Shown here one piece after another: positions 20,105-30,162 of a DNA stretch of 64,000 nucleotides. Both the position numbers and the translations under genes were made by a program. Numbering within the stretch: position 1 is the stretch's first letter; the number at the start of each line of letters is the position of its first letter. The stretch is from Saprospiraceae bacterium. GTDB lineage: Bacteria; Bacteroidota; Bacteroidia; Chitinophagales; Saprospiraceae. Location: NCBI GenBank assembly GCA_050298535.1, contig JBNKUI010000039.1, forward strand, positions 51,083-115,082, written 5' to 3'. The notes below the pieces were generated by a model. It had not been told where the DNA came from. It ran no database searches and saw nothing but the letters and a program-made list of their open reading frames with translations.

Positions 20105-21289
20105 CTATTTCCGTAAATTCTCAATAATCATCGCGGAGGCTCCTCCCCCTCCATTGCAGATAGTGGCCATACCATATTGGGCGCGATTAGTCTGTAAGAC
20201 ATTGGTGAGGGTCGTGAGAATTCTAGCACCAGAGGCTCCCAGGGGATGACCCAGACTGACGGCGCCTCCATGCACATTTACTTTCTCAATGGGTATCTCC
20301 AGCATTTTCCCAAATGCCAGTGGAACCACAGCAAAGGCTTCGTTGACTTCGAAGAAATCGATAGCGTCCTTGTCCATCTGGGCACGGTCGAGGGCCAGGG
20401 GGGCGGCGAGGGTTGGTGCCGTGGTAAAGCGATTGGGCTTATGTGCAGCATCCGCAAAGGATACAATGCGAGCTATAGGATGCAAATTGTATTTTTTGAC
20501 CGCTGCTTCAGACGCCAGTAGTATAGCCGATGCACCATCATTTATAGTAGATGCATTGGCAGCTGTGACGGTACCCTCCTTGGTAAATGCCGGTCTCAAT
20601 TGCGGTATTTTCTCAAAGTTTACCCGTTTGTATTCCTCATCTTCTTTGATGATTAGAGGATCACCCTTTCTTTGTTTCACGGATACCGGCGCAATTTCAC
20701 GAGTGAAGACTCCGGCATCGGTTGAGTTCTTGCTTTGTGTATATGATCGTATCGCATATTCATCCTGGTCGGCTCGTGAGATCTTGAGCTCTTCGGCGGT
20801 GTCATCGGCAAATTGGCCCATCGCACACTGATCGTACACATCCATCAGACCATCCTTCTCTAATCCATCCATTAGTGTGGCACTGCCATATTTGTAGCCA
20901 AAGCGAGCCTGAGGCACATAATAGGGTATCTGAGACATGTTTTCCATACCTCCCGCCATGATCAGGTCTCCATAACCCAGCATCATTTGTTGTGCTCCGA
21001 TCATCGTGGATTTTAACCCTGAAGAACATACTTTATTGATGGTAGTACAGGGCACGCTATCAGGAATTCCGGCGCCAATGGCTACCTGCCGTGCCGGCGC
21101 CTGTCCCAGGTTGGCTGAAACGACATTCCCCAGATACACTTCCTCAATATCAGCAGGATCTACAGAAGTCTGATCAAGTACGGCCTTCACCACTTGTTGT
21201 CCCAGTTCAATAGCGGAGGTCTGAGCAAACATACCACCAAAACTTCCAATAGGAGTTCTCAAAGCCGATACGATATATACTTCACTCAT
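20105..21289 (-). CDS. Acetyl-CoA C-acetyltransferase (thiolase II)
   Basis: NKVCSSGLKS (active Cys), NVHGGAVSLGHPLGASGARI, CNGGGGASAM. Start placed at MSEVYIVSALRTPIG (21289). The ORF is open to 21322. Confidence 0.92.
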   Translation of the reverse strand: MSEVYIVSALRTPIGSFGGMFAQTSAIELGQQVVKAVLDQTSVDPADIEEVYLGNVVSANLGQAPARQVAIGAGIPDSVPCTTINKVCSSGLKSTMIGAQQMMLGYGDLIMAGGMENMSQIPYYVPQARFGYKYGSATLMDGLEKDGLMDVYDQCAMGQFADDTAEELKISRADQDEYAIRSYTQSKNSTDAGVFTREIAPVSVKQRKGDPLIIKEDEEYKRVNFEKIPQLRPAFTKEGTVTAANASTINDGASAILLASEAAVKKYNLHPIARIVSFADAAHKPNRFTTAPTLAAPLALDRAQMDKDAIDFFEVNEAFAVVPLAFGKMLEIPIEKVNVHGGAVSLGHPLGASGARILTTLTNVLQTNRAQYGMATICNGGGGASAMIIENLRK

Positions 21290-21362
21290 GTCGTTGCAGT
21301 TCATTAGTTTTATATCTAACATAAAGGTACAGTTAACTGTTCTTATTTACTCTACACACGCC

Positions 21363-22064
21363 ATGAGTTTACCTGCCAAGCCATCCCCCTCTATCAAGGA
21401 CTGGTCTGCCGACGATCAGCCCCGTTTCAAATTAAAACATCACGGATCTCAGGTTCTGTCCAATGCTGAGTTGCTGGCCATCCTGATAGGTTCCGGCTCC
21501 CGAGAAGAGTCAGCCGTTGATCTCTGTAAGCGTATCCTGAAGAGTCTGGAAGGTGATCTGGACCGCCTGGCCAGACTGTCGTTGACGGAATTGCAGGGAT
21601 TCAAAGGCATTGGGGAGGCAAAAGCCATCACTATCAGTGCTGCACTGGAGCTCGGAAGACGACGACAGCATACCTCAAAAGAGCAAAAGCATGTGGTGCG
21701 AGATAGTCGGTCGGCCTATCAGGTCATGGCAGGAATGCTGACCGACAAAGTCCAGGAAGAGTTTTGGGTGGCATATCTGGATCAGGCCAACACCGTGATC
21801 AATCTGCAGTGTGTTAGCAGGGGAGGAGTAGCTGGCACGGTAGTAGATCCCCGGCTGGTCTTTAAAGAAGGACTACATCTGTTAGCCAGCGGCTTGATCT
21901 TATATCATAACCATCCCAGTGGTCAATTGAAGCCCAGTAAAGCGGACATTCAACTCACAAAAAGACTGTGCGAGGGAGCTAAAATCCTACAGATGCGTGT
22001 ACTGGATCACATCATCGTAGGAGGTCAGCAGTACTTTAGTTTTGCCGATGAAGGGATGCTGTGA
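21363..22064 (+). CDS. radC: RadC-like JAB/MPN domain protein (UPF0758)
   Basis: LSNAELLAILIGSGS, GIGEAKA (HhH) and HNHPSG JAMM motif. Start at the internal ATG 21363. Confidence 0.88.
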   Translation: MSLPAKPSPSIKDWSADDQPRFKLKHHGSQVLSNAELLAILIGSGSREESAVDLCKRILKSLEGDLDRLARLSLTELQGFKGIGEAKAITISAALELGRRRQHTSKEQKHVVRDSRSAYQVMAGMLTDKVQEEFWVAYLDQANTVINLQCVSRGGVAGTVVDPRLVFKEGLHLLASGLILYHNHPSGQLKPSKADIQLTKRLCEGAKILQMRVLDHIIVGGQQYFSFADEGML

Positions 22065-22066
22065 GA

Positions 22067-22213
22067 TCATTTACGAACAATGAAATCATAGGTCGAAATA
22101 CTTCCTTTACGGATCTTCACCTGTAGAATCTAGAGACCACTTGGGAGATCGCTGACATCAATTCTTTGGCTAACATCGATATATTGTCCAGCAGCAAAAT
22201 GGAATGAAGTCAT
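22067..22213 (-). pseudogene. Relic of a T9SS C-terminal sorting domain (in-frame TAG at the conserved Tyr position)
   Basis: Minus-strand translation is MTSFHFAAGQYIDVSQRIDVSDLPSGL*ILQVKIRKGSISTYDFIVRK*. DLPSGL[Y]ILQV...K is the classic end of a Por_Secre_tail domain. The TAG lies at 22130..22132. Confidence 0.4.
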
Positions 22214-22405
22214 TAGAATAGACGCGAGAAGAGTCCTTTTTGAGTATGATAAGATGGTTTCTGTTGATTAAGAATTAATAGGTTGAAGATAGGTGAACCG
22301 TTTTTAAGTTTTTTCAACTTGCCAATAACTTTTAGAAACATACCTTTATGCCAGTTGTTAAGCTTAAGTTGGCGTTTCTGACGGCAGCGAGGGAGAGCAC
22401 TTTTT

Positions 22406-24166
22406 ATGAGTAATCAGGAGCAAAAAGGATTTGACTATCAGATATTGAAGCGGATCATCCGCCTTGCCATGCCCTACAGAGGGGTGTTCATCGCAGCAGG
22501 TGTGTTGGCGGTCCTCTTGGCTCCCGTAGCATCGCTCCGTCCGTATCTCATCAATGTGATGGTCGATGATTATATCATCAATTTCGATCTAGAGGGGATG
22601 CTGATGATGGCTGGCATTATATTCGGCCTGTTGATTCTGGAGTCGTTTATGCGATACGGATTCATATATTCAACCAATCTCCTGGGGCAGTCAGTGATTC
22701 GGGACTTGCGTGCTGCCATTTTTAAACATATCGTATCCCTGCGATTACGTTTTTTTGATCAGACCCCGATAGGTACCATTACGACGAGGACGATCAATGA
22801 TATCGAGTCCATCAATACCATTTTTGCGCAAGGAGTGATCACCATCATAGCGGATGTTCTGGGCATCGTTGCCGTCCTGATCATCATGCTAAAGTCCAGC
22901 TGGCAGTTGACGATCATCTGTCTCACTACCATGCCGTTGATGATCATTGCTACGTATATTTTTAAGGAGAAGGTGAAATCTGCCTATCAGGTGGTAAGGA
23001 CGCAAATCGCCCGCATGAATGCCTTTCTCCAGGAGCGCATCTCCGGGATGCGGATAGTGCAGATATTTACGGCTGAAGAGCGGGAGTTAGAAAAATTTAA
23101 GAAGATCAATCGCCGATATACACAAGCTAACCTGGATTCTATTCTCTACTATGCCGTCTTTTTTCCGGTCGTAGATATCATCGCTGCCATATCGTTGGGT
23201 TTGATGGTCTGGTGGGGTGCAAAAGGTGTGATAAGTGACCAAATTTCATTTGGAGCGCTAGTGGCCTTTCCAATCTACTTAAATATGTTGTTTCGGCCAC
23301 TTCGATTTATCGCCGACCGCTTCAATACGCTACAGATGGGTTTGGTCGCGGCAGACCGGGTATTTAAAGTATTAGATAGCAAGGAGCAGATTGAAGATAA
23401 TGGTGCCGTGAAGCCAGATCACCTGGAGGGAAAAATTGATTTTGAGGATGTTTCTTTTGCCTACGATGGAGTCACCGAAGTACTCAAACACATCAATCTT
23501 ACGGTAGCACCCGGTGAAACGCTTGCGCTGGTGGGAAGTACGGGTAGTGGGAAATCCACGATTATAAATCTACTGAGTCGATTCTACGAAGTGAAGCAAG
23601 GGGTGATCAAGATAGATGATCGAGACCTTAAGGACTATGATCTTATGGCTCTCAGAAACCGCATATCCATAGTACTGCAGGATGTCTTTCTCTTTGCCGG
23701 CACCATTTATGAAAACATCACCCTACGCGATAATAATATCAGTAGAGCAGAAGTAGAAAAGGCCGCTAAGATGATCGGAGCACATGATTTTATCATGGCT
23801 ATGCCTGACGGATATGATTTCAAGGTCAATGAGAGGGGATCGAATATGTCCATGGGTCAACGACAGATTATCTCGTTCATACGGGCACTGGTGTTTAAAC
23901 CCGATATCCTGATCCTGGACGAAGCCACTTCATCAGTTGATACAGAAACTGAAGCCATCATTCAGTATGCTATTGAGCAGCTGATTGATAAACGTACATC
24001 GATCATTATTGCGCACCGATTATCAACTATACAGCATGCTGACCAGATCGCGGTTTTGAGCAAAGGCAGAGTTGTAGAGTATGGCAAACACGATGAGCTA
24101 CTTACCATTGAAGATGGGTTTTACAGAAAGCTTTATGAGATGCAGTTTGCTGAAACTACGGCATAG
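22406..24166 (+). CDS. ABC exporter, fused permease/ATPase (MsbA/multidrug type)
   Basis: 586 aa. Six TM segments, then Walker A GSTGSGKST, signature MSMGQRQ and Walker B ILILDEATS. Confidence 0.9.
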   Translation: MSNQEQKGFDYQILKRIIRLAMPYRGVFIAAGVLAVLLAPVASLRPYLINVMVDDYIINFDLEGMLMMAGIIFGLLILESFMRYGFIYSTNLLGQSVIRDLRAAIFKHIVSLRLRFFDQTPIGTITTRTINDIESINTIFAQGVITIIADVLGIVAVLIIMLKSSWQLTIICLTTMPLMIIATYIFKEKVKSAYQVVRTQIARMNAFLQERISGMRIVQIFTAEERELEKFKKINRRYTQANLDSILYYAVFFPVVDIIAAISLGLMVWWGAKGVISDQISFGALVAFPIYLNMLFRPLRFIADRFNTLQMGLVAADRVFKVLDSKEQIEDNGAVKPDHLEGKIDFEDVSFAYDGVTEVLKHINLTVAPGETLALVGSTGSGKSTIINLLSRFYEVKQGVIKIDDRDLKDYDLMALRNRISIVLQDVFLFAGTIYENITLRDNNISRAEVEKAAKMIGAHDFIMAMPDGYDFKVNERGSNMSMGQRQIISFIRALVFKPDILILDEATSSVDTETEAIIQYAIEQLIDKRTSIIIAHRLSTIQHADQIAVLSKGRVVEYGKHDELLTIEDGFYRKLYEMQFAETTA

Positions 24167-24333
24167 TAAGGCTTTCAATACTCAGACTACACTAATTGTT
24201 TAAATTAAACTAGCTGTTGACGAATACCAGGTAAAGTACCTGAACAAATCGAGCGAATCCGCCGTTTGATCTTTAAAATGAGGCATTGGTTCGGGAGAAC
24301 CTTATATTTATACAGCATCAGAGAGACTAAGAA

Positions 24334-24804
24334 ATGATTGGCAGAAGAAATCGGTTCGAATTTAATACACAGAATACCATTGTCGCGATTGTTTTCCTCG
24401 CAGTGACATTCTTTGCATTGTTCTGGATCGCCCGGGGTATTTTTACAATTCTCACATACGTTGCCCCCATTCTTCTATTGGCCACTCTTTTTATTAACTA
24501 CAAGATAGTAGTCAATTACGGCAAGTGGCTTTGGAAACAACTGCAGAATAACCCTATCATGGGTGTTATTGCCATTTTGTTGACTATCATTGGATTCCCG
24601 GTAGTATCCTTTTTGCTCTTTGGAAAAGCGTTGCTGGAGCGCAAAGTAAAACAGGTAGAAGAAGAGGTGCGTGTGGAGCGTGAAGGTAGCTTTGCTGATT
24701 ATGAGATCATCGAAGAAGAAACCCTTGAATTGCCTCAGATACCTACAGAAAAAGTGGAAGTGCGGCAAAAACCCACTGATGACTACGAACGATTATTTGA
24801 TTGA
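24334..24804 (+). CDS. Hypothetical membrane protein with acidic C-terminal tail
   Basis: 156 aa, three or four hydrophobic segments, Glu-rich tail. Its stop overlaps the downstream start (TGATG). Confidence 0.5.
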   Translation: MIGRRNRFEFNTQNTIVAIVFLAVTFFALFWIARGIFTILTYVAPILLLATLFINYKIVVNYGKWLWKQLQNNPIMGVIAILLTIIGFPVVSFLLFGKALLERKVKQVEEEVRVEREGSFADYEIIEEETLELPQIPTEKVEVRQKPTDDYERLFD

Positions 24805-25934
24805 TGTGGATTTACTTTGCCATTAGCCTATTGTTGGCTTCTTTCTATCTGATCCTTTTACACCATTTCACAACACATTGGCAAAAAATACCGGAATTCT
24901 CCCGGGGAGAGGACAACCGTTCATACCCTTTGATTTCTGTCCTCGTATGTGCGCGGGACGAAGAAGCTAGTATAGAGTCTTGCGTGCAGAGCATACTTAG
25001 TCAGACGTATGACAACCTCGAGTTACTGGTTCTGGACAATCACTCCTCCGATAGAACAGTGGAGATCGTAGAGTCGTTTGATGACTCAAGATTGCGACTT
25101 CATAAACTCGACAAGTACCTGCCCGAAGAGACAACTTTCAAAAAAGAAGTACAGTCCTGGGGTGTTGCAAAGGCACATGGGACGTATCTTGCATTTACTG
25201 ATGCGGACTGTATCGTTCCGGCAAATTGGCTTCACCATCTTTACCACTGTATGGAAAGGCGAGGGCTTGATCTTGTCGTTGGGCCCATCAGAATATCGAA
25301 TGGTGTGGGATGCCTACATACCTATGAGTCACTTGATGTGGCAGGATTGTCCATTGTGACCGCAGCTGGACTCCAGACCTCACTTTTGAGATCCGGCAAT
25401 GGTGCCAATATGTTGGTGTATGCAGAGACATACGTTGAGGCGCAAAAATCTATCCAAGGGAAGGGCAGAGCGTCGGGAGATGACATTTTTATGGTGCAGG
25501 AGATTATGGTAAGAGAGGACTCAAACGTTGGTTTCTGTAAATCGTTGGGAGCTCAGGTGTGGACATCCGGCACAGCGACATGGGGAGCTCTCATCCAACA
25601 AAGAAGACGATGGGCTTCTAAAAACGGAGATTTACCGCATATTCCGAGCAGGATGATCAGCTTATTGGTCTTTATGAATTCTCTATTGCTTCCCATGCAT
25701 TTGCTATTGGTGCTTCTGTGGGGAAGTCCCATGATATGGTTATTCCTTATGCATCTATGTATCAAATCTATAGCCGACTTCAGACTGCTATCAGAAGGCA
25801 CAAAATTCTTCGAAATCGACGTGAAACCACACCACTGGATATTTAGTTTTCTGATCAATCCATCGATGGTTGTGATACCTGGTATCCTTTCCTTTTCCCC
25901 CAGGTATCGGTGGAAAGGAAGGACGACTCGCTAG
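24804..25934 (+). CDS. Membrane-bound family 2 glycosyltransferase
   Basis: ISVLVCARDEE, FTDADC (DxD-like) and QRRRW-type motif QQRRRWASK, plus C-terminal TM segments. ATG at 24804 is preferred over TTG at 24801. Confidence 0.8.
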   Translation: MWIYFAISLLLASFYLILLHHFTTHWQKIPEFSRGEDNRSYPLISVLVCARDEEASIESCVQSILSQTYDNLELLVLDNHSSDRTVEIVESFDDSRLRLHKLDKYLPEETTFKKEVQSWGVAKAHGTYLAFTDADCIVPANWLHHLYHCMERRGLDLVVGPIRISNGVGCLHTYESLDVAGLSIVTAAGLQTSLLRSGNGANMLVYAETYVEAQKSIQGKGRASGDDIFMVQEIMVREDSNVGFCKSLGAQVWTSGTATWGALIQQRRRWASKNGDLPHIPSRMISLLVFMNSLLLPMHLLLVLLWGSPMIWLFLMHLCIKSIADFRLLSEGTKFFEIDVKPHHWIFSFLINPSMVVIPGILSFSPRYRWKGRTTR

Positions 25935-26174
25935 AAAACTTCTGCAAGACCCAGCTTGCGCTGGTCGACAATGTAACGACTCTATTATTAGAAAAATCCA
26001 ATCGTTCTAATGCCCCTGCTATGGCGATCTCCCTACCTGGCAGGTCACATGCATCATGGTTGCTTGGGTGACGGGGTAATCCGGCATACAGGGAACGTCG
26101 GCTTCCATTGGATAGCCGCCTTTGATCTTGACTTGTCAGGGACAACGATCTACAGTTGCAGCATCAACTATAGA

Positions 26175-28145
<1,971 letters not shown>

Positions 28146-28154
28146 TTAGCGGTA

Positions 28155-28162
28155 CAAAGATA
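28155..28162 (-). promoter_or_regulatory. Candidate -7 promoter box (TATCTTTG) of gyrB
   Basis: Exact TAnnTTTG on the minus strand, 33 nt upstream of the gyrB ATG. Confidence 0.45.
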
Positions 28163-28291
28163 CGAAATATCAAGGGTATAGCACAGTTACACTCTGATCT
28201 TAAAGCATTAATTTTGAGCGGATTTCATAATTATTTTTTAACAATAAGTTAATATCTGAGATTGTTTTGGATATTGCCGAAAGAACAAGGG

Positions 28292-28732
28292 ATGACAGAG
28301 CAAAAAATCGAGTATTTGATCTCTTCTGAAGAGCAATTGCATGGCGTGGTAGAGGAGATGGTGCCAAAGTTGCAAGGGGCTATGGTTATCACCTTCTCAG
28401 GTGATCTGGGTGCAGGTAAAACCACGCTGATAAAGGTACTTTGTAAGGCCTGGAATGTGGTGGACAATGTAGCAAGTCCTACCTTTTCTATTGTCAATAC
28501 CTATACTACGAATGAGGGAAAGGCCATTCATCATATGGATCTGTACCGCCTGGAAGACGTGCAAGAAGCACTGGATATTGGCATTGAGGAGTACTGGTAT
28601 GATCCAAATGCCATCACGCTGATCGAGTGGCCAGAAATCGTGGATCATTTTTTGCCAGACAATACCTGCAAAATAGAAATTGAAGCAGATGAAAGCGGCC
28701 AGCGAAAAATTGTACTTTTATATTCGACTTGA
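28292..28732 (+). CDS. tsaE: tRNA t6A37 biosynthesis ATPase TsaE (YjeE)
   Basis: GDLGAGKTTLIK P-loop, SPTFSIVNTY and HMDLYRL. Start at the internal ATG 28292. Confidence 0.88.
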   Translation: MTEQKIEYLISSEEQLHGVVEEMVPKLQGAMVITFSGDLGAGKTTLIKVLCKAWNVVDNVASPTFSIVNTYTTNEGKAIHHMDLYRLEDVQEALDIGIEEYWYDPNAITLIEWPEIVDHFLPDNTCKIEIEADESGQRKIVLLYST

Positions 28733-28741
28733 CAAATCAAT

Positions 28742-29968
28742 ATGACGGATCCTAAAAGGATATCGGTGGAAGAATACCTCTCCATGGGTCGATATGAAAC
28801 CAAGGCTGAGGTGCTGGATGTGAAACAGGGTCAGAAAAAGCTCTTTATAGGCATTCCGGTGGAATCCACATTACAGGAAAACCGAGTTGCCCTCGTACCC
28901 TCTTCGGTGTCTACACTGGTATCGCACGGGCATCGGGTGGTGATTGAAAACGGAGCAGGTCTCAAGTCAAATTTCAGTGATAATGACTACAGTGAAGTAG
29001 GTGCTGAAATAGCCTACAGTCGTGAGGAGGTGTTTAAAGCAGATTGCCTCATCAAGGTCGTACCACCTACGATAGATGAGATCGAACTGCTGCATCCTAA
29101 TCAGTTATTGATTTCTCCCCTTCATTTGCCCTATATCACTGAGGAATACCTCATGCGGTTGAAGCATAAAAGAGTCATTGCGCTGGCTATGGAATACCTG
29201 CAGGATCGAGATGGTTCTTTCCCTGTGGTCGGTATCATGAGTGAAATTGCAGGTCTTAGCGCCATTCTCACCGCGGCCGAACTTCTGGCCTCGTCCGGTG
29301 GAGGAAATGGAGTATTATTAGGTGGTATCAGCGGAGTACCCCCTGCTCGAGTCGTTATTCTTGGTGCCGGAATTGTCGCAGAGTATGCTTCCTCAGCTGC
29401 ACTTGGACTTGGAGCGTCGGTACGTATTTTTGATAATAACATTTATAAGCTCATGCGTATTCAAAATCGTATGGGTAGAAAACTTTTTACATCGGCCCTC
29501 AATCCTATTTATTTGGAACGGGAATTAATAGCTGCTGATGTCGCTATTGGTGCCATACACTCCAAGTCGGGTCGGACACCTGTAGTAGTCTCGGAGGATA
29601 TGGTGCGGAAGATGAAGCCCGGCTCCGTCATCGTGGATGTGAGCATCGATCAGGGCGGATGCTTTGAAACCAGTGAAGTCACCTCGCATGAAAATCCCAC
29701 CTTCATGAAGCATGATGTGATCCATTATTGCGTACCTAATCTATCTTCTAAAGTGGCCAGAACTGCCTCTGTAGCGGTGAGTAATATACTCGCACCTATA
29801 CTAATGCAGGCAGGAAACACCCAAAATATCGAGCAACTACTCATATCTCATCCAGGCCTTCGGCATGGCATCTATACCTACAAAGGTTGTCTGACAAATG
29901 AATATCTCTCTAGAAGATTTCATATCAAATACACCGATCTCGATCTCCTGCTGACGGCCAATCTTTGA
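28742..29968 (+). CDS. Alanine dehydrogenase/PNT family NAD-binding protein
   Basis: 408 aa. VVILGAGIVAEYA Rossmann motif and AlaDH/PNT N-terminal pattern (IPVESTLQENRVALVP). Confidence 0.75.
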   Translation: MTDPKRISVEEYLSMGRYETKAEVLDVKQGQKKLFIGIPVESTLQENRVALVPSSVSTLVSHGHRVVIENGAGLKSNFSDNDYSEVGAEIAYSREEVFKADCLIKVVPPTIDEIELLHPNQLLISPLHLPYITEEYLMRLKHKRVIALAMEYLQDRDGSFPVVGIMSEIAGLSAILTAAELLASSGGGNGVLLGGISGVPPARVVILGAGIVAEYASSAALGLGASVRIFDNNIYKLMRIQNRMGRKLFTSALNPIYLERELIAADVAIGAIHSKSGRTPVVVSEDMVRKMKPGSVIVDVSIDQGGCFETSEVTSHENPTFMKHDVIHYCVPNLSSKVARTASVAVSNILAPILMQAGNTQNIEQLLISHPGLRHGIYTYKGCLTNEYLSRRFHIKYTDLDLLLTANL

Positions 29969-30162
29969 AATTTATTGATCGTAATCACTCTTGAAAAATT
30001 CCTGGAAAGTCTAGTCCAGAAGCCAAATTTGTAAGTGCGTCTTTACATATTAAATAATATTAATATGTTCAAAGAGCTGATTATCAGTGTTAAAATTATT
30101 ACGAATATATGTAATATATAAGCAATTGTTATATATTGGGTCTTAATAAAAAGATTAGGTCC

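Noticed and set aside
20289-20831. 180-aa ORF antisense to the thiolase gene (also 20246..20521).
   Set aside because: It is Ala/Ser/Arg-rich and low in complexity, as is typical of the mirror frame of a well-conserved gene. The thiolase frame has unambiguous catalytic motifs.
24353-24361. GGTTCGAAT, which resembles a tRNA T-arm/T-loop.
   Set aside because: It lies inside ORF 24334..24804, and no acceptor, D-arm or anticodon-arm complementarity surrounds it. I saw no tRNA in the window.
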